DNA of 64,000 bases, taken from positions 1,184,001 to 1,248,000 of the forward strand of contig CAVUDP010000001.1 of assembly GCA_963740315.1 (NCBI GenBank). The letters run 5' to 3'. This stretch comes from an uncultured cyanobacterium. Lineage in GTDB: Bacteria > Cyanobacteriota > Cyanobacteriia > Cyanobacteriales > Nostocaceae. The first letter of the stretch is position 1, and the number at the start of each line of letters is the position of its first letter. Below the pieces are notes generated by a model. The model had not been told where the DNA came from and made no database searches. It worked only from the letters and a program-made list of their open reading frames with translations. The translations under genes and the position numbers were made by a program. Shown piece after piece: positions 49,311 to 59,576 of the stretch.

Positions 49311-50252
49311 ATGAAAGCGATCGCTCATTCCCAAGGTAGATATTTGTTGCGTGGGTTATTAGGGATACTTTTAAGCTTGACAGTAAGTGCGTGCGATCGA
49401 GTCGGTTCAGATTCTTCAGAAGATGGTAAACCCGATGTAGTTGCAACCAGTACAATAATTGCCGATTTAACTAAGAATATAGGTGGAGACGAGATTGATT
49501 TAACAAGTATCTTACAACCCGGAGCAGATCCCCACGTATACGAACCAGTACCTAAAGATTCGATTTATTTAGAAGAAGCAGAATTAATTTTATACAACGG
49601 TTATAATCTCGAACCGGGATTAATAAAACTGATAAAAGCAGCAGGTGTAAAAGCCGATAAATTAGCAGTGGGGGAAGTCGTCAAACCCTTACAATTAGAT
49701 AAAGGGGGAAAAACTACAGTACCCGATCCTCATATTTGGGGTGATGCAGAAAACGCGATAAAAATGGCGATCGCGATTCGTGATGCTTTAATTAAATTGT
49801 CGCCAGAAGACAAAGAAAAGTTTACCGAGAATGCAGAAGAATTAATTGACAAATTGAAAGAGTTAGATAATTCCATAACTCAACAAATTGCAACCATTCC
49901 CAAAGAAAGACGAAAGTTAATTACAACCCACGATGCATTTCAATATTACGGACGCGCCTATGATATACCAATCGCAGGAACATTAATAGGTATCAGCACC
50001 GAAGAACAACCAAGCGCCCAAACCGTGAAACAATTAGTAGAAGAAGTGAAGAGAACAGGTGTAAAAGCCATATTCGCCGAAACAACAATCAACCCAGCCT
50101 TAATTAAAACCGTAGCCCAAGAAGCAAACGTCAAACTAGCCCCCCGCGAACTATATTCCGATTCCATCGGCGCACCTGGGAGTGAAGGAGATTCTTATAT
50201 TAAAATGATGCAATCTAATACTCAGGCTATTGTTGAAGCGTTGAGTGAGTGA
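49311..50252 (+). CDS. mntC: Mn/Zn ABC transporter substrate-binding lipoprotein
   Basis: Lipobox VSAC, DPHVYEP, DPHIW, THDAFQYY, YSDS. Confidence 0.88.
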   Translation: MKAIAHSQGRYLLRGLLGILLSLTVSACDRVGSDSSEDGKPDVVATSTIIADLTKNIGGDEIDLTSILQPGADPHVYEPVPKDSIYLEEAELILYNGYNLEPGLIKLIKAAGVKADKLAVGEVVKPLQLDKGGKTTVPDPHIWGDAENAIKMAIAIRDALIKLSPEDKEKFTENAEELIDKLKELDNSITQQIATIPKERRKLITTHDAFQYYGRAYDIPIAGTLIGISTEEQPSAQTVKQLVEEVKRTGVKAIFAETTINPALIKTVAQEANVKLAPRELYSDSIGAPGSEGDSYIKMMQSNTQAIVEALSE

Positions 50253-50254
50253 GA

Positions 50255-50560
50255 GGATGGGGAGAGGGGGTTCGGGGGAGTACTTCGACAAGTCTTACAG
50301 TGAGCTACGTCGAACTGCTCAGTAACCTTTGGGGTTCGGGGGAGTACTTCGACAAGTCTTACAGTGAGCTACGTCGAACTGCTCAGTAACCTTTGGGGAG
50401 ATGGGGAGAGGGGGAGATAGGGAGATGGGGAGATGGGGAGACAAGGGGAGATCGTTAATTTCTAACTGCTAACAACTAACAACTAACAACTAACTCCTAA
50501 CTCCTAATTCCTAACTCTTAACTCTTAACTGGTAACTGTTCACTGTTCACTGTTCACTGA
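50255..50560. repeat. Composite repeat block: two tandem 51-bp dispersed repeats plus several STRRs
   Basis: Copies at 50280-50330 and 50344-50394; GGGGAGAT, ACTAACA, CCTAACT and CACTGTT tandem units. Confidence 0.9.
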
Positions 50561-50562
50561 AA

Positions 50563-51846
50563 ATGCGTCCTATTGCTGTAGATTTATTTGCGGGTGCTGG
50601 GGGGATGACTCTCGGTTTTGAGCAAGCTGGTTTTGATGTGCTTGCTGCTGTGGAATTAGATCCAATTCACTGTGCTATCCATGAATTTAATTTTCCTTTT
50701 TGGTCTATTTTGTGTTCGAGTGTAGAGAATATTTCGGGAGAAGAAATACGAGCGGGTTCTCAAATTCAAAATAGAGAAATCGATGTAGTGTTTGGTGGTT
50801 CTCCCTGTCAAGGATTTTCTACGATCGGGAAACGGGCTTTAGACGATCCCAGAAATAATTTAATGTTTCATTTTTTGCGGTTGATTTTAGAATTACAACC
50901 TAAATATTTTGTATTTGAAAATGTACCGGGATTAACTTTAGGAGAACATAAAAAGTTTTTATCGGAAGTTATTGAAGAGTTTCAAAAAAACGGTTATCAA
51001 GTAGAAGCAAATTACCGAGTTCTTAACGCGACTAATTACGGAGTTCCTCAAGATAGAGCCAGATTATTTCTTTTAGGATGTCGCCAAGGTTTAAAGTTAC
51101 CAAAATATCCCCAACCAATTACTAAACCCAAATCAAAGAAATCAAAATATATTGTAAGTAACATAGATTTACCAGCAACACCTACAGTGTGGGATGCGAT
51201 CGGAGATTTACCAGAAGTTGAAAATTATACGGAATTAATAAATAGAGATTGGGTAATAGCTGAATATGGTAAATCGAGTCACTACAGCAGTAAATTACGC
51301 GGATTTTCATCAATTGAAAACAACTATTCCTGTCAACGCTTATTTAATTGCTCTTATTTAACTTCTAGCAGTCGTACAAAACATAGTTCGCAAACTATCG
51401 CCAGATTCCAACAAACCGAACCCGGTAAAAGTGAACCAGTTAGCCATTTTTATAAATTAGCCATAGATGGTGTTTGTAATACTCTGAGGGCTGGAACACC
51501 CAGTAACCGAGGCGCTTTCACCTCTCCACGTCCAATTCATCCCATAACACCACGATGTATTACCGTTAGAGAAGCAGCACGATTGCATTCTTACCCCGAC
51601 TGGTTTCGTTTCCACGTGACAAAATGGCATGGATTTCGACAAATAGGAAACTCAGTTCCACCTTTTTTAGCTAAAGCGATCGCAACAGAAATTATTCGTG
51701 CGTTAGAAATAATTCCATTTAAGCCACAAGAACAAATGCGGTTGGGTTCGGATAGCTTGTTACAATTAAATATGTCTCAAGCTGCTAAAATATTCGGAGT
51801 TGCCGAAAATATTATTGAACCGAGAAAAAGGAATATAAATCAATAA
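50563..51846 (+). CDS. C5 cytosine DNA methyltransferase, likely the CGATCG (HIP1-core) orphan MTase of the DmtC/M.Ssp6803I type
   Basis: DLFAGAGG, GSPCQGFS, ENV, PQDRAR, TVREAARLHSYPD, QIGNSVPP; specificity inferred from resemblance. Confidence 0.9.
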   Translation: MRPIAVDLFAGAGGMTLGFEQAGFDVLAAVELDPIHCAIHEFNFPFWSILCSSVENISGEEIRAGSQIQNREIDVVFGGSPCQGFSTIGKRALDDPRNNLMFHFLRLILELQPKYFVFENVPGLTLGEHKKFLSEVIEEFQKNGYQVEANYRVLNATNYGVPQDRARLFLLGCRQGLKLPKYPQPITKPKSKKSKYIVSNIDLPATPTVWDAIGDLPEVENYTELINRDWVIAEYGKSSHYSSKLRGFSSIENNYSCQRLFNCSYLTSSSRTKHSSQTIARFQQTEPGKSEPVSHFYKLAIDGVCNTLRAGTPSNRGAFTSPRPIHPITPRCITVREAARLHSYPDWFRFHVTKWHGFRQIGNSVPPFLAKAIATEIIRALEIIPFKPQEQMRLGSDSLLQLNMSQAAKIFGVAENIIEPRKRNINQ

Positions 51847-51892
51847 AATCAATAAAATTATTTTATCTTGAATTAGATACGAAAAAAAATAC

Positions 51893-52031
51893 TTTCTCGT
51901 TACAAGGCTCTGCGTTTCTCGTTACAAGGAACCCTTGCTTGTAATGCTTTTCATGAAGGCTCTGCCTTCAGTGAGCAATGAAAGGCAGAGCCTTTCACAA
52001 CTGCGTTACTAGGCTGAGCCTAGTAACGAGA
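51893..52031. repeat. Palindromic dispersed repeat (AGGCTCTGCCT/AGGCAGAGCCT family)
   Basis: Terminal CTCGTTAC...GTAACGAG with internal inverted AGGCTCTGCCT...AGGCAGAGCCT; fragment at ~30826-30873. Confidence 0.75.
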
Positions 52032-52057
52032 GTAAAGGTAGGCGGTATACCAATTTC

Positions 52058-52585
52058 CTATTCCCTATTCTCTTCATTTAACAACCGCGATAATTGACTT
52101 AAGATTTTACCCCTATAATCTGTTGATGTGTTTTTCAATTGGTACAGTTTAAGTTTGGGGAAAGCAACTTCAATGATACTATCTTCTAAAAGATGATCGA
52201 GTAAATCATCTACAATATCTTCGTTATTGACTTTATTTGTAAGGTCAAAAACACTTGTAAGATAATAAATTTGTTCTATTCCTTTTGATTCAAAGTACTG
52301 TACGAGTCGCCATGCATCAAAAGCTTGTGGATAATCTACAAATCCAGCATGAACGTCAACTATAGTATAGGATTTTTCTTCTTGAAAATAAACGCCGACT
52401 CCATGTTTATCAAAAGTCCATTTTTCCCCTTGTAGTGATAATAAACCTTGGCGGGGACAATATACAGAGAAAGATTTACTGACATTGGGATATATCTGGC
52501 GAAATGCACAAATGAGATTATTTTGAGCTTCTACGAACTCTGAAATAATTTGAACTGCCTCAGCGCTTTTGATTGACGACTTCAT
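52058..52585 (-). CDS. Hypothetical protein (DUF6896-like)
   Basis: AGGAG RBS; W.F.KHG.GV.F...VD...AFDAWRL. Confidence 0.65.
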   Translation of the reverse strand: MKSSIKSAEAVQIISEFVEAQNNLICAFRQIYPNVSKSFSVYCPRQGLLSLQGEKWTFDKHGVGVYFQEEKSYTIVDVHAGFVDYPQAFDAWRLVQYFESKGIEQIYYLTSVFDLTNKVNNEDIVDDLLDHLLEDSIIEVAFPKLKLYQLKNTSTDYRGKILSQLSRLLNEENRE

Positions 52586-53042
52586 TTACTGTACTCCTAG
52601 CCTTTAGATTGCCAATACATAGCCCACATAGCTACTTTCAATAATATTAGTTTTTTTGCATTTAGGCTTTATCTTTAAGAATAATCAAATAATGGTCAGC
52701 CCCATCGGTTTAATATGATTTTCGATACAAATCAAAGTGCAAAGACTTATGCCCAGCAATGTCTTTAAAGGATTTATGTGTGTTTTTCTTTTTAGTGAAA
52801 CAGTATAACTCGTATTTTATGTAATTCTACTAAAAAATAACTTACCTTAAAATATTTTATATTATTGTTAGTTGATAAATGAGTTCTCAGTATTTTAATT
52901 AATTCTATAATTATCAAACCTTAGTAATACTATTAGCACAATAGACATCTCTATTGATTGAGATAAAAATTTTCATCTTTGATTTTATAATTTGTTGTGT
53001 AAATGGGAACTATAAGTATAGCCTTTAGTCTCCGTCACACTT

Positions 53043-55217
53043 ATGTTAGCAAACTCTTTAATTAGCATTCCCAAAGCCGAATACGAATCAATGCGCGATC
53101 GCCGTGTGCAGTTGCAATCTGCTGTAACTACTTTAGAAAAAAGATTGCACGGGTTAGCGGATAACGTACCGGGGATGATTTATCAATTTTGCCTCAACCA
53201 AGATGGTACCATGTCGCTTCCTTATGTATCTTCAGGTTGCCAGCAAATTTTCGAGGTAGAAGCGCAAAAAATTCAGCAACAACCTGAAATAATGTTCTCA
53301 ATGCTGCATCCAGATGATGAAGCTCAATTTAATCAAACAATCTCGGAATCAGCCCAAACTTTGCAAAAATGGGAACTAGAATGGCGCATCATTACTCCTT
53401 CAGGTAAAGAAAAATGGCTGCAAGGATTTTCTCAACCAGAATTACAAGAAGATGGTTCTATACTTTGGTATGGCTGCGTTACCGATATTACCAAGCGCAA
53501 GCAAGCTGAAATTGAATTAGCACAACTTAACGAACAATTAGAAGCAAAAATACAAGAAAAAACGGCGGAATTACAAGCTTCCCAAGAAAGATTGCAGCGT
53601 TTGGCGGATAAGGTACCGGGGATGCTTTACGAATATCGTCTTGATGAGAGAAATGCTTCATTACCTTATGTATCTTCTGGAAGTAGTTTGATTTTTGAGT
53701 TACAACCAAAAGAAATTCAACAAGATGTAGAAATAATTAATCGACAAATTCATCCTGAAGATTTTCCTAAAGTAACTGAAGCTATTTTAAAATCTGCTCA
53801 AACTCTGGAACAATGGGAATATTCTTGGCGAATTACTACACCTTCGGGTAAACAAAAGTGGATACAAGGTATTTCTCAACCGACATTACAGGAAGATGGT
53901 TCGATACTTTGGTACGGTTGTTTTATTGATGTTACCAAGCGCCAACAAGTAGAAACAGAATTGCGGCAGAAAGAACAACAGTATCGGAATATTTTTGAAA
54001 CAGTTAGCGATGGCTTATTCATCTGCGATTTAGAAACTGGATTGGTAGTAACAGTAAATCCTGCGGCTTGCGAACTATATGATTATTCTCAAGAAGAATT
54101 TATCGGCATACATCCTACAAAATTTATTCATCCATGTCATTATTCTTTATTTGAAAGTTTTTTACAAACTATATCTGCTGGTGAAAGCTTTCATTCTCAC
54201 GCGATAACTTCGCGTAAAGATGGTTCAAGACTAGATGTTGATGTTAAAGGAAGTCAATGCATTTATAACGGTAAACCTCATGCCCTATCAATTGTGCGGG
54301 ATATCACTCAGCGACAGCTAGCAGAAGAAAAACTGCAAAAACAAGCTCGTACTCTAAAAGAAGCCTTGCATAAACTCAGAAATACCCAAGCCAAACTCGT
54401 ACAGTCGGAGAAAATGTCATCTTTGGGACAAATGGTAGCTGGAGTAGCCCACGAAATCAACAACCCCGTTAATTTTATTCACGGCAATCTTCAACCCGCT
54501 ACCGAATACGTACAAGATTTATTAGGATTGCTAACACTTTACCAAGAATATTATCCCCAACCGCATCCCGAAATCCAAGCAGAAATTGAGACAATCGAAC
54601 TTGATTTTGTTCAAAATGACTTAACTCAAATTCTCAACTCGATGCAAGAAGGTACCAAACGCATTCGAGAAATTGTTTTATCGCTGCGGAATTTTTCCCG
54701 ATTGGATGAAGCTGATTTCAAACAGGCAAATATCCATCAAGGTATTGATTCCACTTTGATGATTTTAAATAACCGTCTCAAAGCTAAACCAGGTTTTCCC
54801 GAAATTCAAATAATTAAAGAATACGATATATTCCCTTCTATACAATGTTATCCCGGACAACTTAACCAAGTATTTATGAATATTTTGGTAAATGCCATTG
54901 ATGCATTGGAACATGGAATCAAAAACGGCAGTAAATTACTCAATCCTCAAATTAGTATTAATACAAAATTAATTAAATCGCGCTATATTAAAATCAGTAT
55001 TGCCGATAACGGTTGTGGAATTCCTCCAAACATTCAAAATAAATTATTTGACCCCTTTTTTACAACCAAAGAAGTAGGTAAAGGTACCGGCTTAGGTTTA
55101 TCCATCAGTTATCAAATCGTAGTTGAAAAACACCGTGGAAAACTTTATTGTTATTCTAAGCCGGGGAAGGGAACCGAGTTTGTAATTGAAATACCGATTT
55201 TACAGGTTAAAGGTTAA
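53043..55217 (+). CDS. Cytoplasmic triple-PAS sensor histidine kinase
   Basis: Two duplicated PAS_3-type repeats (VPGM.Y...YVSSG...HP.D...WRI.TPSGK.KW), a third PAS, AHEINNP, ATPase boxes. Confidence 0.93.
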   Translation: MLANSLISIPKAEYESMRDRRVQLQSAVTTLEKRLHGLADNVPGMIYQFCLNQDGTMSLPYVSSGCQQIFEVEAQKIQQQPEIMFSMLHPDDEAQFNQTISESAQTLQKWELEWRIITPSGKEKWLQGFSQPELQEDGSILWYGCVTDITKRKQAEIELAQLNEQLEAKIQEKTAELQASQERLQRLADKVPGMLYEYRLDERNASLPYVSSGSSLIFELQPKEIQQDVEIINRQIHPEDFPKVTEAILKSAQTLEQWEYSWRITTPSGKQKWIQGISQPTLQEDGSILWYGCFIDVTKRQQVETELRQKEQQYRNIFETVSDGLFICDLETGLVVTVNPAACELYDYSQEEFIGIHPTKFIHPCHYSLFESFLQTISAGESFHSHAITSRKDGSRLDVDVKGSQCIYNGKPHALSIVRDITQRQLAEEKLQKQARTLKEALHKLRNTQAKLVQSEKMSSLGQMVAGVAHEINNPVNFIHGNLQPATEYVQDLLGLLTLYQEYYPQPHPEIQAEIETIELDFVQNDLTQILNSMQEGTKRIREIVLSLRNFSRLDEADFKQANIHQGIDSTLMILNNRLKAKPGFPEIQIIKEYDIFPSIQCYPGQLNQVFMNILVNAIDALEHGIKNGSKLLNPQISINTKLIKSRYIKISIADNGCGIPPNIQNKLFDPFFTTKEVGKGTGLGLSISYQIVVEKHRGKLYCYSKPGKGTEFVIEIPILQVKG

Positions 55218-55287
55218 AGGTCTGCATGTCAAAATTTACAATTATAATAACTCCTAACTCTCCATCCCCAATGCCCAATCCCCCATT

Positions 55288-56619
55288 ATGAAAAATCAGC
55301 AAGAAAGCCATTTAAACCGCGCTCGTGCTAGTCTCAGGCAGGCATTGTCTTGGTATGGCAATCTGCGTAAGCCGGGATTTGATTCGCAATTAGCAGCTTC
55401 GGTTAAACCGGAAATTCAAGTTTTGACCGCTAATCTAAATAAACTTGATTATAATACAGTCTGTATTGCCGCTTTTGGGTTGGTAAGTCGCGGTAAGTCT
55501 GCGGTTTTGAATGCGCTGATGGGACAAAAGATTTTACAAACCGGACCACTCAATGGTGTCACTCAATACCCCCGTTCTATTCGGTGGAATCCCGGCGGTA
55601 AGGTGGAAGTAGAATTAATTGATACTCCTGGCTTAGATGAAATTGCGGGGGAAACAAAAGCGCAAATGGCGCGGGAAGTGACTCGACAAGCCGATTTAAT
55701 TTTATTTGTTGTCTCCGGTGATATTACTCGTACTGAATACGAAGCGCTGTTGGATTTGCGACAGGCTCAGAAACCGTTAATTTTAGTATTTAATAAAATA
55801 GATTTATATCCCGACACCGATAAAACAGCGATTTATACCAATTTACAAGAATTAGGTGCCGGAAGTTTGGCGAAACCCTTACAACCCGATGAAATAGTCA
55901 TGGTAGCGGCGGAACCCGCACCGATGTCCGTAAGGGTAGAATATGCCGATGGTAGCGAAGATTATGAATGGGAAACTTTACCACCGCAAATAGAGGAACT
56001 TCAACAAACCATTCTCAAAATTCTTAATCGTGAAGGGCGATCGCTTTTATCGCTCAACGCCTTAGTACAAGCAAGAGATGCCGAAGAATCCATTGCAGCT
56101 AAAACTGTAGAATTGCGAGAAAAACAAGCCGAAGAATTGATTTGGCAGTATACAAAATACAAATCATTAGCAGTGGGGTTAAATCCTGTCGCCTTTTTAG
56201 ATATATGTGGCGGAATTGTGGCAGATTTAGCCTTAATTCGTTCTTTATCTCGGCTTTACGGTTTACCGATGACGGGTTACGAAGCCGGAAAACTGTTAAA
56301 AACCATTTTATTAAGTTCCGGTGGTTTACTCTTAGGGGAATTAGGCAGCAGCTTTCTTTTAGGTTTTAGCAAAAGCGCGATCGCCATTAGTGGTGAAAGT
56401 CCCCTGAATATCACTGCCTTTGCAGGTACCGCCGTCACGCAAGCAGGTATCTCTGGTTACGGGGCATATTCCGTAGGTAAAGCGGCTCAAAAGTATTTAG
56501 AAAAAGGCTGCTCCTGGGGAGAATTAGGCGTTAGCAACGTTATTGAAGAGATATTGCGCGAAGTAGAATCAGATACTATTTTGTATCGTTTGCAGCAGGA
56601 ATTGAAAATCGGGAAATAA
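55288..56619 (+). CDS. Era-like GTP-binding protein with DUF697 domain
   Basis: GLVSRGKS, DTPG, NKID. Confidence 0.88.
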   Translation: MKNQQESHLNRARASLRQALSWYGNLRKPGFDSQLAASVKPEIQVLTANLNKLDYNTVCIAAFGLVSRGKSAVLNALMGQKILQTGPLNGVTQYPRSIRWNPGGKVEVELIDTPGLDEIAGETKAQMAREVTRQADLILFVVSGDITRTEYEALLDLRQAQKPLILVFNKIDLYPDTDKTAIYTNLQELGAGSLAKPLQPDEIVMVAAEPAPMSVRVEYADGSEDYEWETLPPQIEELQQTILKILNREGRSLLSLNALVQARDAEESIAAKTVELREKQAEELIWQYTKYKSLAVGLNPVAFLDICGGIVADLALIRSLSRLYGLPMTGYEAGKLLKTILLSSGGLLLGELGSSFLLGFSKSAIAISGESPLNITAFAGTAVTQAGISGYGAYSVGKAAQKYLEKGCSWGELGVSNVIEEILREVESDTILYRLQQELKIGK

Positions 56620-56702
56620 AACAATACATATTTAGATAAAAACCGTCACCAAACCACCGTATAATTATTTTTACCTATCCCTTGACTCAGGAGAATAAAG
56701 CC

Positions 56703-57017
56703 ATGCCAATGGCAGTAGGAGTAATCGAAACATTAAGTTTTCCTGCAATACTTATAGCCTCAGACACTATGGTTAAATCTGCCGCAGTTACTGTAGTTTT
56801 TTACGATAAATCGGAAAGCGGACGCTTTTTTGTTGCAGTCAGGGGACGGGTTGCTGAAGTTCAACGTGCTGTAGCAGCAGGGCTTGAATCTGTTGAAAAA
56901 GAATCGCATGGAGGTGAAGTAATGAGTCATTATATCGTGCCCAATCCTCCAGAAAATGTAGAAAACATTTTACCAATCCATTTCACTTCAAAATCAGAAC
57001 CTTTTCGTATGCTGTAA
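56703..57017 (+). CDS. ccmK3: Carboxysome shell protein CcmK3
   Basis: BMC domain MPMAVGVIETLSFPA...YIVPNPPENVENILPI; ATG follows AGGAG; upstream partner of ccmK4. Confidence 0.88.
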   Translation: MPMAVGVIETLSFPAILIASDTMVKSAAVTVVFYDKSESGRFFVAVRGRVAEVQRAVAAGLESVEKESHGGEVMSHYIVPNPPENVENILPIHFTSKSEPFRML

Positions 57018-57088
57018 TACGCGGTTGTTCGATTTCTGAGATGATTAAGAATATATCGATAGCTATTAATTAATACAGGAGATAATAA

Positions 57089-57439
57089 ATGTCATCACAG
57101 GCAGTTGGTTCTTTAGAAACTAAAGGTTTTCCTGCGGTATTAGCAGCGGCGGATGCAATGGTAAAAGCCGGTAGAGTCACGCTTGTCGGCTATATACGAG
57201 TTGGTAGCGCTCGCTTTACAGTTAATATTCGCGGCGATGTTTCCGAAGTCAAAGCTTCTATGGCTGCTGGTATCGAAGCCGCAGAAAGCTGTCATGGTGG
57301 AACACTCGAATCTTGGGTAATTATTCCCCGTCCCCACGAAAACGTTGAATCTGTTTTACCAATTGGTTATTCCGAAGATGTGGAAGAATATCGACTTTCT
57401 GTAGAAAATCCGATTATAGGTAGGTCTAATAGGCGCTAA
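57089..57439 (+). CDS. ccmK4: Carboxysome shell protein CcmK4
   Basis: [38 protein letters not shown]. Confidence 0.92.
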   Translation: MSSQAVGSLETKGFPAVLAAADAMVKAGRVTLVGYIRVGSARFTVNIRGDVSEVKASMAAGIEAAESCHGGTLESWVIIPRPHENVESVLPIGYSEDVEEYRLSVENPIIGRSNRR

Positions 57440-57587
57440 TTAGTAAAATTTTACTGGGATTGGGTAATAATAAGTCGTTTGATAAGTTAAATCTAGTTGT
57501 ATCGAATTAATTCTATATTACTACTGACGCGCCCAATAGCCTGTTTCTGTTAAAAAGTTTTATCTTGCATTTATTTGTAATGGCGTT

Positions 57588-57614
57588 AAAAAAAGTACCC
57601 CAACGGGTACTTTT
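57588..57614. terminator. Candidate intrinsic terminator hairpin
   Basis: AAAAAAGTACCC-CAAC-GGGTACTTTT downstream of ccmK4. Confidence 0.55.
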
Positions 57615-58201
57615 ATATTTTTAGGATTTTTTTGAAAATAAAGATCGAAATAACTATATTTAATTTGTTTGCTATGTGATTATTTTTTTTACAACCTAAA
57701 TTTAACCGATGCTATTTAGCAACATCTTTATATTAACTGCGATGATATACAAACAAACTTCAGCAATTAGTAGAATGTGTGTAAAAATAAATACTAATCT
57801 AAATCTAGATATTAGAGGTGAAACTAATATATATAAAGCAACGTCTCGATTACAAGTGAATTCTATTCTTTACGTTGATTAATAGTCTGATGTTATCAAT
57901 TTACAAAATATTGAAAATGGTACTTTGTAAATCTGTCCGAAGATAGATATAAATAATCTAATTAAATATAAAAGATTGGACTTTGCAAAAATTTACATTC
58001 CGGAAAACTAAGGAAGATAGCTTAAAAGCGCGATTACTTTACTTATTATATTAATTGGTTTTTAGGTTAACGGGTAAAATTTTGCATAATTTGGACTGAT
58101 TGAGACGTATTAAAAATAGAATCCATTCAATATTTTGGATATTTTAGCCTGATGGCGCGACAACTAATTAAATTCACTAATTGCGATGGAGGGGGGTTGT
58201 G

Positions 58202-59374
58202 ATGCAAACTTTAAAGCATGGTTTTGAGGAGCGCAATCTCAATATGATATCTGAAGCGGAAAAACTAGAGCAATATTGGCAAAATCGCTTAGCTGATGAA
58301 TGCTCGCAACACAGTGAAGCCATAAGAGAAAGTATAGTTAAGTGGCTTATAGGCAGCGATAAGCAACGCTTTGAAAATCTCGACGTTAAAGAATTAAAAA
58401 TCGCCAAGCAAGCGATCGAATATCGCTATCGGATTTTGTGTCAGCGATACTTGGGGTTGGGTAGGGAGCGTGCTTATCGCAATCTGATTACTCGTTTGGG
58501 AAGTTTAGCGACATTGCGATCCAAAATTCAAACTTGGATTTCTTTGAGTCGCGATCGCCAGCGTAAAGTATTGGATGTGTTGCAAGAGATACTCCAAGAA
58601 TTACTGCAAAGCGACAAGTATATGGTTTCGCAGATGGCTTGTATTTCTGAGTTTACCAATGATACTAGGTTGAGAAATGCCTTGGTGTTTGCGAGTTTGG
58701 AAGAGTATTGTATGCGACCAATACGCAACCAGCCATTACTGGTATATCGCTTTGTTAACTATTTAAAGAGAACTCAGCGGGGTGGTTTAACTCAGGTACC
58801 CACTAAGGATTTGGTGCGGTTGGTTTCTGAAGAAGTATTTGCTGATGACGGTGAAAACCGAGTCAGTTTGGTAGATAGAAACGCGATCGAAGATTATCAA
58901 GAAGAGGAAAAATCCCAGGAGCAACAAATTCAGCGTAGTTTGGTAAAAGAGGAATTCTCGGAATATCTTAAAGAAAATTTGGGAGAAGATGCAACCCAGT
59001 GGCTGCAACTGTATCTTAAAGGCTTGAGCCAAGATGCGATCGCCAAAAAATTAGGTAAGCCAATTAAAGAAATTTATCGGTTGCGAGAAAAAATTGGTTA
59101 TCATGCGGTGCGGGTTTTTGCCATCAAAGATAAACCAGAGTTAATCGCTAACTGGCTGGAAACTTCTTTATTGGAACACAATTTAGGATTGACACCGCAG
59201 CAATGGGAACAATTCCAAGAAAAATTATCACCCGTGCAAAAGCAAGTGTTAGAAATGTCGAAAACGGGTAAAACCATCGAAGAGATTGCCCAAAATCTCA
59301 AACGTAAAAATCATCAGATAATGGGAGAGTGGACAAAAGTGTATTTAGCGGCTCAAGCTGTACGCAGTGAATAA
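58202..59374 (+). CDS. HetZ-related protein (hetZ paralog, no patU genes nearby)
   Basis: YRYRIL..RYL...AYRNLITRLGS, SRDRQR, EEYCMRPIRNQPLL and C-terminal HTH features. Confidence 0.75.
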   Translation: MQTLKHGFEERNLNMISEAEKLEQYWQNRLADECSQHSEAIRESIVKWLIGSDKQRFENLDVKELKIAKQAIEYRYRILCQRYLGLGRERAYRNLITRLGSLATLRSKIQTWISLSRDRQRKVLDVLQEILQELLQSDKYMVSQMACISEFTNDTRLRNALVFASLEEYCMRPIRNQPLLVYRFVNYLKRTQRGGLTQVPTKDLVRLVSEEVFADDGENRVSLVDRNAIEDYQEEEKSQEQQIQRSLVKEEFSEYLKENLGEDATQWLQLYLKGLSQDAIAKKLGKPIKEIYRLREKIGYHAVRVFAIKDKPELIANWLETSLLEHNLGLTPQQWEQFQEKLSPVQKQVLEMSKTGKTIEEIAQNLKRKNHQIMGEWTKVYLAAQAVRSE

Positions 59375-59576
59375 ATCTTTAGTAAATAGTTAATAAATCT
59401 TTGTTTTCCTCCACGTATTAAAGCCTATGCTTACTTGTGAAGGGGCTGCACGGCAGCGTTTAGCACGAGCGTTTGTAAATAATTTGACTTTTATTTACTT
59501 AAAAGACTTTATCAATATAGTGCCAAATGCCGTCGAGAGCGCATACGATGGAGTCAAACATTAAGCGATTAGACCT

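Noticed and set aside
50280..50394. Possible mini-CRISPR
   Set aside because: Only two 51-bp copies separated by 13 nt of G-rich repeat; the same unit is dispersed singly elsewhere.
50563..52585. Restriction-modification pair (MTase plus convergent 175-aa ORF)
   Set aside because: The 175-aa ORF shows no recognisable PD-(D/E)XK, HNH or GIY-YIG motif, and the MTase resembles the orphan HIP1-type enzyme.
57781..58004. NtcA-like GTA-N8-TAC (57781-57794) and DIF1-like TCCGGA (57999-58004) upstream of the HetZ-related gene
   Set aside because: Short motifs expected by chance in AT-rich DNA; no convincingly spaced -10 box and no TSS data.
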